Source: Candidatus Hydrogenedens sp. (lineage in GTDB: Bacteria; Hydrogenedentota; Hydrogenedentia; Hydrogenedentales; Hydrogenedentaceae). Taken from it: a DNA stretch of 64,000 nucleotides. This document shows positions 1-9,959 of this stretch, piece by piece; position 1 is the first letter of the stretch; the number at the start of each line of letters is the position of its first letter. Where the stretch lies: the NCBI GenBank assembly GCA_035361075.1, contig DAOSBX010000013.1, forward strand, positions 10,160-74,159, given 5' to 3'. Position numbers and translations under genes: made by a program. The notes under the pieces were generated by a model. The model was given only the letters and a program-made list of their open reading frames with translations. It was not told the origin of the DNA and made no database searches.

Positions 1-610
1 GGCATTGAAATTGTATGAAGCACCTGAGTTTTCTGTCGAAGTCGTGTTTCAGAAAGGTCAGAATCAGCAGACATTCCCCATTGCAACGACAGTGAAGTAT
101 TCCTTTGTAGCCCGGGGGGATATGGGCCCTGTTGATGTTTACTGGTATGATGGACACTGGAAGGATGAAGCCACCGGTCAGGAAGTATATAATCGTCCCA
201 AACGCCCGGAAGGTATTCCGGAAGACGAAGTATTAGGTGATGATAACATGAATGGCTCATTGTTTATCGGTGATAAAGGGATGTTAACTGCAGGAGAATA
301 TGGTGGTGAACCGCGATTATTACCTTCATCTATCATGAAAGACTACAAAATGCCACCGGAAACGATTGAGCGTATCCCGATGGAAAGCCCGTATTTTGAT
401 TGGCTTCGCGCCTGCAAAGAAGATAAACTGGCATGCTCAAATTTCAATTATTCCGGTCCATTTACAGAAATGGTGCAATTTGGCAATCTGGTGGTTAAGT
501 CTGGACAGAAATTGATTTGGGATAATGTTAAAGGTGTTGTGAAAAATGTCTCTAATCCGCAGGCAATTATAAGTAAAGAGTATCGCAAAGGTTGGGAACT
601 TCCCTGCTAA
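1..610 (+). CDS. C-terminal fragment (5' end cut by the window edge) of a probable Gfo/Idh/MocA-like oxidoreductase
   Basis: ORF runs in from the window edge. The tail motifs (VDVYWYDG, NGSLFIGDKGMLTAGEYGG, RLLP) resemble C-termini of secreted Gfo/Idh/MocA-type oxidoreductases common in Planctomycetes-like genomes. Recognition by eye only. Confidence 0.45.
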   Translation, partial: ALKLYEAPEFSVEVVFQKGQNQQTFPIATTVKYSFVARGDMGPVDVYWYDGHWKDEATGQEVYNRPKRPEGIPEDEVLGDDNMNGSLFIGDKGMLTAGEYGGEPRLLPSSIMKDYKMPPETIERIPMESPYFDWLRACKEDKLACSNFNYSGPFTEMVQFGNLVVKSGQKLIWDNVKGVVKNVSNPQAIISKEYRKGWELPC

Positions 611-638
611 AGTAGGAAATAGTAGATATTGAGGTCAA

Positions 639-672
639 GGCCAAAGGTTTTTAACCTTTGGCCATATTTTTT
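639..672. terminator. Rho-independent terminator hairpin between convergent genes
   Basis: Perfect 11-bp inverted repeat GGCCAAAGGTT / AACCTTTGGCC (639-649 and 653-663) with a 3-nt loop, followed by ATATTTTTT. It sits between the stop of the + gene (610) and the stop of the - gene (680). Confidence 0.6.
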
Positions 673-679
673 ATGGCTA

Positions 680-1885
680 TTATTCATATCGCAATGCTTC
701 AACAGGGTCAACACTTGCCGCTTTCAAGGCAGGATAGACGCCAGAGACGACGCCCACAGCGGAACTGAAAAAGAACGCTGTAAGTATTGACCAAAGTGAT
801 AAGCCAATAGGCAGACTGGGATATAATGCGCGAATAACTGTTGACCCGATAAAACCTAAAAAGATACCTGTCATACCTCCGAGCACACTTAATGTGATGG
901 ACTCAACAAGGAACTGAAAACCGATATCCGCACGAGTTGCACCGACCGCCATACGGATACCCACTTCCCGAGTTCGTTCGCGTACAGATACAAGCATAAT
1001 ATTCATAATTCCTATCCCACCGACCAGCAGTGAAATACATGCAATCCCGACAAGCATTAGACGTAGCATACTGAATATTCGGGAAAATGCGGAAAGCATA
1101 CTATCCTGATTAGTGATTGTAAAATCTTCTTCATTGTCATGGGCGGAACGGACAATTCTTCTTGATTCTTCAGTTGCTCTCGGAATATCTTCCTGAGTGC
1201 GAGCCCCAACAAGGATTTCCATAACCTCTTCTATGTTAAAAATGCGTTGTGCACTGGGTAGTGGAACAATTACCAAATCGCCAAGGTCGATACCTAAAGC
1301 CATTCCACGTTCCTCTAATATTCCTACGATGGTATGTTTAGAGCCGTTGATTGAAATTTTTTCATACAGGGCACGATGTGTGCCAAAGAGTTCTTTTTTT
1401 ACAGTAGTACCGATGATACAAACTCTGCTATTGCGTTCAATATCTTCTTCCGATAGAAATCGTCCAATTTGTGTGTAAAGTTGTCGAACCTTCTCAAAAT
1501 CAGGAGTTGTCCCAATAAGCAGTACATTCCGCTGTCGGTTCTTATAGCGAATATTTGCTAATCCTAAGGTATTTGAGGCAACTCCGATAATGCCAGGTAC
1601 TTTCCTTTTAATCTGTCTTGCTATTTCGTATGTGAGTTTGCGGTGACTCCCAGCACTTATGGGAAACATACCAGTTGTTTCCTGCCTACCTGGGGTTATG
1701 ATGATAACATTACTACCCATGATTGCGAATTCGCGTTCCACGTAGGCTTGTGCCGATTCGCCTAATGCAATAAGAAGTATAACTGACATCACCCCAATAA
1801 TGACCCCTAATGCGGTAAGTGCTGCGCGCATCTTATTCTGATTGAGTGCGATGATAGCAGTTCGTATTAATTCCCAGAAGGTCAT
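680..1885 (-). CDS. ABC transporter permease, FtsX/MacB family
   Basis: 401 aa. N-terminal TM helix, large periplasmic domain, then a C-terminal cluster of 3 TM helices, as in MacB/LolC-type permeases. Last gene of an ATPase-adaptor-permease operon. Confidence 0.85.
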   Translation of the reverse strand: MTFWELIRTAIIALNQNKMRAALTALGVIIGVMSVILLIALGESAQAYVEREFAIMGSNVIIITPGRQETTGMFPISAGSHRKLTYEIARQIKRKVPGIIGVASNTLGLANIRYKNRQRNVLLIGTTPDFEKVRQLYTQIGRFLSEEDIERNSRVCIIGTTVKKELFGTHRALYEKISINGSKHTIVGILEERGMALGIDLGDLVIVPLPSAQRIFNIEEVMEILVGARTQEDIPRATEESRRIVRSAHDNEEDFTITNQDSMLSAFSRIFSMLRLMLVGIACISLLVGGIGIMNIMLVSVRERTREVGIRMAVGATRADIGFQFLVESITLSVLGGMTGIFLGFIGSTVIRALYPSLPIGLSLWSILTAFFFSSAVGVVSGVYPALKAASVDPVEALRYE

Positions 1886-1888
1886 AAA

Positions 1889-3136
1889 CTACTCTCCCAG
1901 CGAAGAGACTACGTCAACACGAGAACCGTCTACCAGTCCTTTTATACCAACAGATGTGATAATAGTTTCTCCTTCTTTAAGACCCTTTATGATTTCTCGT
2001 GTTTCCCAATTACCAATGCCGATGGTAACAGGTCGACGGATAGCCTTTCCTTGTTCCAATACGAAGGCATATTCATCGCGGATAAGGCTTTCACTTGGTA
2101 CGTATAGTACGTCATCTTTCTCCGATACTATAATGGTAACATCAGCAGACATGCCAGGCATAAAGTTTTCCTGCTCTAAAAATCGAACTTTCACTGTAAA
2201 TGTTCGTGTAAATTCCTTACTGATAGTGATAGTCGGAGAAATCTCGATTATCTCGCCTTGAAATACTTTCCCAGGAAATGCATCTAATTCAATCCGCGCT
2301 TTTTGGTTAAGAGAGACTTGACCGGCATTGGCTTCGTCAAATGGTGCTTCTACATAGAGGTCTTTATCATCTATGAGGTACATTAAAGGTAGTCCCATTG
2401 CAACACCTTCCCCTTCATGGATGTTAATAGTGGCAACAACCCCATCAAACGGTGCCCTAATAATAGCCTTATCACGGGTAGCCTGTGCTGCAAGAAGTGA
2501 CGCTTTTGCTTGTGCAACTGCGGTCTCCCCTGCTTTTACTTCCTGTTCACGAACTTTAATCTCTTTTACTCCGACTAATGCTGATTGATAACCCTCTTGA
2601 GCGACTCGATATGCTAACTCTATTTTTTCCTGTTCACCGGGGGAAAGAATCCCCTGTTCCCGTAGTTTGTTAGCCCGTTCATAATCAGCCTCTGCCTGCT
2701 TTAACTGTGCTTGAGTTTGCTTCAAACGTGATTCTGAAAGTTCCTTCGCTACTTCGTAGCTAACGCGTGCCTGTTCCAGTCGCGTCTCTGCAACGAGTAG
2801 GTTTGCTTCGGATAGGGCAACTTGGGCATCTAAATCCTCATGGTTTAACTCAAGCAATATATCGTTTTTAGAGACGCGCTGACCTTCTTTTACATGTACT
2901 ATGGAAACAGTCCCGAGTGTTCCTCCTGCAATCATAGAACGTCGGGTTGATGTAACTGTTCCAGAAGCGAAGGCAGAAACGGTTTGCTGAACCTTTCCCC
3001 TCTTAACAGTATCCACAGTTACCTGAATGGGTGGTGTGTAAAAAAGGAAATAATACAAGGGTACGAAGATTAATGAAAGAAGGACAAGAATAAGAAATAT
3101 TCTTATGACATAGGTTTTGTACTTTGTTTTTGCCAT
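1889..3136 (-). CDS. Efflux periplasmic adaptor / membrane fusion protein (HlyD/MacA family)
   Basis: 415 aa. N-terminal TM anchor, long coiled-coil region (LEQARVSYEVAKEL...QAEADYERANKL) flanked by beta-barrel/lipoyl-like segments. Sits between the ABC ATPase and the permease. Confidence 0.8.
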   Translation of the reverse strand: MAKTKYKTYVIRIFLILVLLSLIFVPLYYFLFYTPPIQVTVDTVKRGKVQQTVSAFASGTVTSTRRSMIAGGTLGTVSIVHVKEGQRVSKNDILLELNHEDLDAQVALSEANLLVAETRLEQARVSYEVAKELSESRLKQTQAQLKQAEADYERANKLREQGILSPGEQEKIELAYRVAQEGYQSALVGVKEIKVREQEVKAGETAVAQAKASLLAAQATRDKAIIRAPFDGVVATINIHEGEGVAMGLPLMYLIDDKDLYVEAPFDEANAGQVSLNQKARIELDAFPGKVFQGEIIEISPTITISKEFTRTFTVKVRFLEQENFMPGMSADVTIIVSEKDDVLYVPSESLIRDEYAFVLEQGKAIRRPVTIGIGNWETREIIKGLKEGETIITSVGIKGLVDGSRVDVVSSLGE

Positions 3137-3822
3137 GTATCTGATATCACCTTTCCATCTCTAAATCGTATTATTCGTTGAGCCCGTGAAGCCACATCGC
3201 TTTCGTGGGTCACCATTACAATAGTATGTCCTTTCCTGTGGAGTTCATCAAAAATTTCTAATATGTTTTCACCACTAACGGTGTCTAAATTTCCTGTAGG
3301 TTCATCTGCTAAAATAGTTGATGGGTTATTAACCAAAGCCCGTGCAATAGCCACTTTTTGTCTCTGTCCACCGGAAAGTTCATTTGGTCTATGATAGATA
3401 CGGTCTTTTAATCCGACAGCGACCAATGCTTCCATTGCTCTCTGCCGTCGCTCTTTTCTGGGGATGCGGTCATAAATAAGAGGGAGTTCCACATTTTCTA
3501 ATGCGGTTGCTCGACTTAACAGATTAAAGTTCTGGAACACAAAACCTATCTCATGATTGCGTAGTTGAGCCAGTCTTTTTTCAGAGAATCTATGAACTTC
3601 TTCTCCAAAGTATCGGTAAGATCCGGAAGTGGGTCTATTTAAACAACCAATAATATCCAAGAAGGTCGTTTTCCCCGAACCCGACGGCCCCATAATTGCC
3701 ACGTACGTGCCCACGTCGATTGTTAGTGAAATTGAATCTAATGCAATAACTTTATTATCCCCAACTTCGTAAATTTTTGTAAGATTTTCGACTTCGATCA
3801 AAATCGACGAATTGTGTTTCAC
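3103..3822 (-). CDS. ABC transporter ATP-binding protein (MacB/LolD-like)
   Basis: Walker A GPSGSGKTT, ABC signature LSGGQRQKVAIARAL, Walker B ILADEPTGNLD, H-loop. 239 aa. Overlaps the downstream adaptor gene by 34 nt, suggesting translational coupling. Confidence 0.9.
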   Translation of the reverse strand: MKHNSSILIEVENLTKIYEVGDNKVIALDSISLTIDVGTYVAIMGPSGSGKTTFLDIIGCLNRPTSGSYRYFGEEVHRFSEKRLAQLRNHEIGFVFQNFNLLSRATALENVELPLIYDRIPRKERRQRAMEALVAVGLKDRIYHRPNELSGGQRQKVAIARALVNNPSTILADEPTGNLDTVSGENILEIFDELHRKGHTIVMVTHESDVASRAQRIIRFRDGKVISDTWQKQSTKPMS

Positions 3823-3894
3823 AAAACCCTCCTGTTGAGGATTGTAAGTATCTAACAGTAATATTATATCAACAAAATGAAGTCAACAAATGTT

Positions 3895-5370
3895 TTATTT
3901 ATTTAAAAACCCTTTAGGTAATTCTGTTGGGGGTTCATACTTATATGGTTCTGTGTCAGGGACAATTCGAACAGGAGTCGTGAAAGTAAAGGTGGTGTTG
4001 TCCGGTCCGGCAAATTCCATCTCGACAAGATAGGCTTTCCACCCTTTTTCAGGTGGACTGACTTTTCCTACATAAGTCCCATCTCCTTGGTCTGTAAGTG
4101 GTGTTGGCTGATAGGCTTTGCCTAAGACATTAAGTCGGAAGTCACGTGCGTTGGGATTCGTTGCTTCCCAAAGAGTTACCTTTGTTGGTTTATCTTTGGT
4201 TTTCACGATAGTTGTATAGTCGTCTGGAAATGACCATGAATATTGAGGGATTGGTTTTTCAAATATAATTGCCTTATAAAATGCAATGACACTGTTAATA
4301 ACCTGTGGGGTTAAGCCATGCCCTGTGTTCGGAACATAGCGTATATAGGTTGGTGATGGCAAATCAGATAGGTAGAATTTCCAAGAGTCAGGCAAAAAGA
4401 ATTCGTCTCCACAGGAATTAATTAAGAATTTAGGCATTGTGAGACGGTCTTTGTAACTATAGGGGTCTACAATTTTTAACATTGATGCGAATTCGGGAAC
4501 AACTAACCAATCCATGATGTTCATCTCTACATAATCGTTAATTGCAGGTGCCCAACCGCCATAAACAGCATAATGATGTTTAAATGAAGGAACCAAATTT
4601 AACAAATCGATTACAATGGGTACACATGCAACAACTCGGTTATCTACTATTGTCGTTGTCCACGTAGTCCAGCCACGTTTTGATGCCCCTGCCACAACGA
4701 ACTCTTTTATCTTAACTTTTCCCCCTTCTTTCGTTTCGCAGAGCGTTTGGATAGTGTCCATTGCACGAACTACCGCTTTGGTCATAGGCATCCGTGTTAA
4801 CCATTCTGGGTCACCTGTTTTTAAGTATTTGTCCCAGTTATAAGCAATGATGCTATCCTCTGAACGCTTTCTATTATTATCATTTGCGAATACTAATGGT
4901 TGGTTAGGAATTTGTCTGATTTCTGCGACAACAGTTTCTACTTCTTTGGCTACTTTACGGAGCAATGGGCTGGATGATGTTGGAGGCTCATCTGTATTTT
5001 TACCACCTGAAATGATTAACAGGGCAGAAGGCTTTTTTACTTTTTTGGGCACTACAATCGTTAACCAATGCGTCCATACGGTTCGGTCAACCTCTTCAGG
5101 TTTTCTCCATGTTTGCGATGTCATTTTAATGTAATGAATACTTACATCTTCGACTTTCTCACTCTTTATTAATTGATAATTATAAGTTGGGTCTGGTTTA
5201 TAGACATATATGTCGAGAGGAGAAGGACTCGTTGTTTCTCTTGCATGAGTAATCTCTCCTTGATGTGATGTAGTGAGAGGAGACCTGGTTGCACAACCTA
5301 ATGAAAAAGTGACTAACGCTACCAGGAGAATAAGTTGTGAAAAATACATTTTTTTCATAATGGGCTTCAT
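3895..5370 (-). CDS. Lipoprotein, alpha/beta-hydrolase-like. Resembles the PhoPQ-activated pathogenicity-related protein family (PF10142).
   Basis: Signal peptide with lipobox (LGC). GASKRGW motif and size about 490 aa resemble PF10142 members. Not verified by search. Confidence 0.45.
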   Translation of the reverse strand: MKPIMKKMYFSQLILLVALVTFSLGCATRSPLTTSHQGEITHARETTSPSPLDIYVYKPDPTYNYQLIKSEKVEDVSIHYIKMTSQTWRKPEEVDRTVWTHWLTIVVPKKVKKPSALLIISGGKNTDEPPTSSSPLLRKVAKEVETVVAEIRQIPNQPLVFANDNNRKRSEDSIIAYNWDKYLKTGDPEWLTRMPMTKAVVRAMDTIQTLCETKEGGKVKIKEFVVAGASKRGWTTWTTTIVDNRVVACVPIVIDLLNLVPSFKHHYAVYGGWAPAINDYVEMNIMDWLVVPEFASMLKIVDPYSYKDRLTMPKFLINSCGDEFFLPDSWKFYLSDLPSPTYIRYVPNTGHGLTPQVINSVIAFYKAIIFEKPIPQYSWSFPDDYTTIVKTKDKPTKVTLWEATNPNARDFRLNVLGKAYQPTPLTDQGDGTYVGKVSPPEKGWKAYLVEMEFAGPDNTTFTFTTPVRIVPDTEPYKYEPPTELPKGFLNK

Positions 5371-5479
5371 TGTTTATCCTTTCCTTGAAAAAAAATTAAC
5401 GCCTGTAAAATCTTTATCTGTTATTTTATCTTAATAACTCTATGGACTACAATAAGAACATATTTGTTTCGCGAAAAAG

Positions 5480-5514
5480 AATATAGCCGATACATTATCT
5501 GTATCGGCTATATT
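5480..5514. terminator. Rho-independent terminator for the minus-strand DUF1573 gene
   Basis: 15-bp perfect inverted repeat AATATAGCCGATACA / TGTATCGGCTATATT (5480-5494 and 5500-5514), loop TTATC. It has an A-run (GAAAAAGA) on the lower side and a T-run (TTTTTTATTT) on the upper side, 27 nt past the stop at 5541. Confidence 0.6.
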
Positions 5515-5540
5515 CTGATATTTTTTATTTCTTAAAAGTC

Positions 5541-6887
5541 TTATTTCTGTGGCTGAGCCTGTCCAGGTTGGGCTGGTGGCTGAGCGGGTTGAGCTGGCGG
5601 AAGTGCTTTTTTCATTTTCTCTTGCATCTCCTTCAGTTTCTCAATATCGGGAGGTGTGTTAGGAGGGAATTTTGGTCTGTCAATTTTTGGAAGACGTATA
5701 ACCTTAAACGGGATTTTCACCTCGGGAGTAGATTTAGAGGTGGTTTTAACAATCAATTCCTTATCTTTCAAACTTTCATTCATCGGGATATCTTTAACCA
5801 GTAATAAATAATCAGAAGGTGCACGTTCTTTAACTTCTACCTGAATTTCAGGAGTTGGTGGAACTACCTCTGTAATCTGAAACTCTTTTTCACGACCTGC
5901 TTTAACGCGTAGATATTGCTGTGTTTTTGCATTCGGGTCTTCGTCGTCTACACGAACATTAATTGTATCAGGAGCGACATCAATAGGACCGATAGAACGT
6001 CCATAAACAGTCACTGTAATTTTCTTGAATGAATTTACAGCGTTGGGGTCTTGTCCTGGTTTTTGTGGAAGTGTCGCATCTGTCTCGATATACAAAGGTT
6101 TATTAAATGTTATTCCTGGTTCAATAGGTTTTGTAGGTGTTAACGTGATTTTATAATGTTTACCTTGTTCCACCGTCTCTAAAGTGTGTTGAAACTCGGG
6201 AAGTTGTGACATGTCAACGTTAGTAATGTTGAAGGTTAAAGTGGGAATATTTGATTTTATTTCTATCGTTTGAGGTTGGGGCATATCCTCCATAATTTGC
6301 CCTAAATTAATAACACGTGGTTCAACCAAGATGGCGGATGTTGCAGTTCCTTTCAAGGTTAATGTCAATTGCGGTGTTGCTGGGTCATTAGAGTCAACTG
6401 TAATTTGTTTTGCAATAGGTCCTTGTCTTCCTGCTAAGGTAAGTGTTGCTTTTATTTTTGTAGTATCGCCTGGCGCAATCTCTTTTTTCTCAGGCTGGGC
6501 TACTGTGCATCCACAGGTTGTCTTTACATTTGAGATTTTCAGAAGTCCATCACCTGCATTTTTGATAACGAATTCATGTTCTACCTTTTCATCATTACTG
6601 CGTTCACCGAAATCAAATTCAGGTTCATCACACGTAATTTTTGGAGTTCCACCAGTCGATTCCACCGAAGCAGTTGCCTCTTTCTGAGCAGGGGGTTGCT
6701 GTGCCTGTGGTTTTTCAGCAGGTGCCTCTTTCGCTGGTGATGGTGCAGGAGTTGTCTGTGCTGGTTTCTGTTCTGGCGTGGGTGGAGTTGGTGTAGGTGT
6801 GCTCTTCTGCCCACCGCAAGAACTTAATAAACCAATCATTAAAAACAGAACAAACAGCCCGAGAAAAACTTTTAAACCCTTACTCAT
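5541..6887 (-). CDS. DUF1573-domain lipoprotein with Pro/Ala/Gln-rich N- and C-terminal tails
   Basis: Lipobox LSSCGG. CGC-containing beta-sandwich motif (KTTCGCTVAQP...LTLAG) typical of DUF1573. Low-complexity PTPTPPTPEQKPAQTTPAPSP... at the N-terminus and PAQPAQPPAQPGQAQPQK at the C-terminus. Confidence 0.6.
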   Translation of the reverse strand: MSKGLKVFLGLFVLFLMIGLLSSCGGQKSTPTPTPPTPEQKPAQTTPAPSPAKEAPAEKPQAQQPPAQKEATASVESTGGTPKITCDEPEFDFGERSNDEKVEHEFVIKNAGDGLLKISNVKTTCGCTVAQPEKKEIAPGDTTKIKATLTLAGRQGPIAKQITVDSNDPATPQLTLTLKGTATSAILVEPRVINLGQIMEDMPQPQTIEIKSNIPTLTFNITNVDMSQLPEFQHTLETVEQGKHYKITLTPTKPIEPGITFNKPLYIETDATLPQKPGQDPNAVNSFKKITVTVYGRSIGPIDVAPDTINVRVDDEDPNAKTQQYLRVKAGREKEFQITEVVPPTPEIQVEVKERAPSDYLLLVKDIPMNESLKDKELIVKTTSKSTPEVKIPFKVIRLPKIDRPKFPPNTPPDIEKLKEMQEKMKKALPPAQPAQPPAQPGQAQPQK

Positions 6888-7055
6888 AACATTTACCCTT
6901 TCTGGTTAAGATTTAATTATTATGGTTAATTGTATTCAGAATAAACTCTGAACAATAATAAAAAATATACCCTACTAAAAAGTAGAGATTTTTTAGTAGA
7001 AACGATTCTAATATACAATATTGTTGACATTAGATTAAAATCAAAGGAAAGTCAA

Positions 7056-8333
7056 ATGAAATGTATCCTAAAATCTATTTTCCTATTATTTTTACACCTT
7101 TCAATTATTGGTTATACAGATGTGATCATTGGCAATAGTTATATATTATCCCAATCGGGTGCATATTGTTGGTTTCAGGATCCACGTGCCGTATTTGTAG
7201 AAGGGAAATTTCTTAGAACCTACGTCGGTTGGGTAACTGCAGATGGTAAACTACAAGTAGGTTATTATGACCATAAAAGTAGAGAAATAAAAGTATATAC
7301 CATAAGGGAAGATTGGGACATTGACGACCATAACGTCCCCTCTTTTCTTGTCCTACCTGACTTGAGGTTAATGATTTTCTATGCAAAGCATAATAAGGAA
7401 AATCTATATGCCCGCAGGACACTCCGCCCTGAGGATATTTCTGAATGGGAAAGCGAAATCATCGTTTCCAACATGAGTAAAGTTACGTACAGTCACCCCG
7501 TATTTTTAGCTAAAGAAAACCGATATTATGTTTTCTGGCGAGGTGAAAGTTGGAAACCTACCTTTGCTACGTCTGTAGACGGGATACACTGGTCAGAACC
7601 TAACATTTTATTCCAAGATAAAGGGAAAGAATCAAAGGATATTCGACCTTATCTTAAAGTAGTTTCTGACAATAAAAAAACGATACATTTTGCATTTACA
7701 GATGGACATCCAAGAAACGAGCCTCTCAATTCTGTTTATTATGCCTTCTATAAAGAAGGGAGTCTTTACCGTGCGAATGGGGAAAAAATTGGAGCAATGG
7801 ATAATCTGCCAGTGCCTCATTCCGCTTGTGATAGGGTCTATGATGCTAAGACAACAGGGGCTCGGGCTTGGGTTTGGGATATTGCACTAAATAAGAAGGG
7901 GAACCCAGTGATTGTATATACACGATTACCAGAAGAGACGAAACATTATTATCATTATGCTTTCTGGAATGGTACACAGTGGGAAGACCATGAAATAACT
8001 CTTGCTGGACCGTGGTTTCCCGAAACTCCAACAGGGAAAAAGGAAACGGAACCCCACTATTCTGGGGGAATTTCTTTAAATCACGCAAACCCTAACGAAG
8101 TGTATTTGTCGAGAAAAGTAGGTGAATTTTTTGAAATCGAACGATGGCGTACTGAAGATGGGGGTAAAACGTGGACGACAAAGTCAATAACGACAAATTC
8201 GTCTTGTATCAACGTTAGGCCTATTGTGCCTTGGGGCTATAATAAAGAGGTAAGCCATATCATCTGGATGCGCGGACATTATAAAAGTTACACCCAATTT
8301 AATACTGCTATTGTTTGTTGGTTTGACGAATAA
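7056..8333 (+). CDS. Secreted BNR/Asp-box repeat protein (sialidase-like beta-propeller fold)
   Basis: Signal peptide. Asp-box motifs SVDGIHWSEP and TEDGGKTWTTKS. 425 aa. Function not assignable. Confidence 0.45.
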   Translation: MKCILKSIFLLFLHLSIIGYTDVIIGNSYILSQSGAYCWFQDPRAVFVEGKFLRTYVGWVTADGKLQVGYYDHKSREIKVYTIREDWDIDDHNVPSFLVLPDLRLMIFYAKHNKENLYARRTLRPEDISEWESEIIVSNMSKVTYSHPVFLAKENRYYVFWRGESWKPTFATSVDGIHWSEPNILFQDKGKESKDIRPYLKVVSDNKKTIHFAFTDGHPRNEPLNSVYYAFYKEGSLYRANGEKIGAMDNLPVPHSACDRVYDAKTTGARAWVWDIALNKKGNPVIVYTRLPEETKHYYHYAFWNGTQWEDHEITLAGPWFPETPTGKKETEPHYSGGISLNHANPNEVYLSRKVGEFFEIERWRTEDGGKTWTTKSITTNSSCINVRPIVPWGYNKEVSHIIWMRGHYKSYTQFNTAIVCWFDE

Positions 8334-8413
8334 AGATGCATGTAGGTCAGTGTCAAACTTAAGAATAATATTATCGTTTTTAATCATATCTATGGTTATG
8401 TTACTCGGGTAGT

Positions 8414-8442
8414 TTGACTTGTTAACAGGCTCTTGATATACT
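8414..8442 (+). promoter_or_regulatory. Near-consensus sigma70-type promoter upstream of the Hsp70-like gene
   Basis: TTGACT (8414-8419), 17-nt spacer, TATACT (8437-8442). AAGGGGA RBS about 8 nt before the start at 8489. Confidence 0.45.
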
Positions 8443-8488
8443 TTTTAATTTTACAAATTATTAAAAACAAAGATAAGGGGATATATAT

Positions 8489-9913
8489 TTGGGAAATTCT
8501 ATAGTAACCTGCGGGATTGATTATGGTACGACTAATACCAGTGTTGCTATTGTAGATGAAAAAGGCAAAGAACATGTTTTAGATTTAGATGAAGATAATG
8601 ACCCTTCCACATCTCTTCCTTCATTGGTCTATATAGGTTCAGATGGGGCTATTTTTACAGGGAGAAAAGCGGCCAATATTTTTATTGAGCGAAATGTCGG
8701 TCGGGAGGTTATCTTAAAATCGGAAGAGACGGGCATAGAAGTGTCTGTTATAAGTCGTGGTGAGCCCGATAAAAGCGAGTTCTACAATCCAAATTTAACT
8801 GACCCTGACCTACTGGAATCTATCTCGATTAGAACACAGGTAGATGTTAACCTGCCAGGCCGTTTATTTCAGTCCTTGAAAACACAATTGAAATATGTGA
8901 ATTTTAAGGGGACAGATGTCTTCGGTAAACACTACCAAATTGAGGAATTGGTATCGTTAATACTAAAACGATGCAAACAAAAAGCAGAAGAGGCATTAAA
9001 AGCACCTATTGATGTCGCGGTTGTGGGAAGACCCGTTCATTTTTCGATGAATGAATTTGAAGATGAAATAGCAGAACGACGCCTTCGGAATGCAGGTTTA
9101 ATTGCAGGTTTTAGTGACGTCGTTTTCTTCTATGAACCTGTTGCCGCCTCTGTAGAGTATATTAGCACCTCGGAAACCGAAGAGAAGATTGTTATGGTTG
9201 TAGATATTGGTGGGGGGACTTGTGATGTGTGTATCATGAAATTTGAGTCTGCGGATACAGTGGAAGAGCGGTTGAAACGAAGTCAAGTATTGGCTGTATC
9301 TGGTGATACGGTTGCTGGCGATATGATTGATAAAGAAATTATAAGGAAACGACTTTTCAGCTACTTTGGAAGTAATGCCCGCTATGGACCTACCCGTTTA
9401 CCTCTCCCAAAAAATATTTTGAACGTTGTTCTGGATTGGCAGAATCTATACCGCTTGAATACAGAGGAAACCATAAATTGGCTTATTGCAGTAGAAACAT
9501 TTAGCGACCAACCTGAGGCTATCCGAGCCTTGCGAATGTTAATTCAAAAAAACTGCGGTTATCCATTATCGCTTGCTGTTGAGAATGCAAAAAAAAGACT
9601 AAGTTTTTTTGAAGAATCCATGATCCAATTTCAGTATGATGAATTGTTTATACAGGAGATGATTAACAGAAGCGAATTTAAAACTATTATCGAGGATATA
9701 TTAGAGCAAATACAGGAATTACTTATTGAGGCAGAAGATAAAGCAGGAGTGAAACCAGAACAGATTCACCTTGTTCTAACTACTGGCGGGACATGTCTAA
9801 TTCCAGCAATTCAACAAATGTTAAAGGAACGTTATAGCCCAGAAAAAATTGTCCTTCGTGACACATTTACCAGTGTAGCCCGTGGATTAGCGGTGGTTAG
9901 CCGTTATCTATAA
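8489..9913 (+). CDS. Hsp70-family ATPase, nucleotide-binding domain only (YegD-like), TTG start
   Basis: DnaK-like phosphate-1 motif GIDYGTTNTSVAIV, phosphate-2 DIGGGTCDVCIM, adenosine motif LVLTTGGTCLIPAIQQ. 474 aa with no recognisable substrate-binding beta-sandwich/lid domain. Confidence 0.75.
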   Translation: MGNSIVTCGIDYGTTNTSVAIVDEKGKEHVLDLDEDNDPSTSLPSLVYIGSDGAIFTGRKAANIFIERNVGREVILKSEETGIEVSVISRGEPDKSEFYNPNLTDPDLLESISIRTQVDVNLPGRLFQSLKTQLKYVNFKGTDVFGKHYQIEELVSLILKRCKQKAEEALKAPIDVAVVGRPVHFSMNEFEDEIAERRLRNAGLIAGFSDVVFFYEPVAASVEYISTSETEEKIVMVVDIGGGTCDVCIMKFESADTVEERLKRSQVLAVSGDTVAGDMIDKEIIRKRLFSYFGSNARYGPTRLPLPKNILNVVLDWQNLYRLNTEETINWLIAVETFSDQPEAIRALRMLIQKNCGYPLSLAVENAKKRLSFFEESMIQFQYDELFIQEMINRSEFKTIIEDILEQIQELLIEAEDKAGVKPEQIHLVLTTGGTCLIPAIQQMLKERYSPEKIVLRDTFTSVARGLAVVSRYL

Positions 9914-9959
9914 ATCAATTTCAATATTTTTAAATCTAAACATCAATTGAGGTCTTTAA

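Noticed and set aside
1197-2588. Antisense plus-strand ORFs (93, 139, 71 aa) inside the ABC permease/adaptor genes
   Set aside because: They lie entirely within strongly supported minus-strand genes. They have Ser/Thr/Pro-rich composition typical of antisense frames.
4616-5134. Plus-strand ORFs (75 and 95 aa) antisense to the PhoPQ-related lipoprotein gene
   Set aside because: They are embedded in a well-supported minus-strand gene. There are no start signals.
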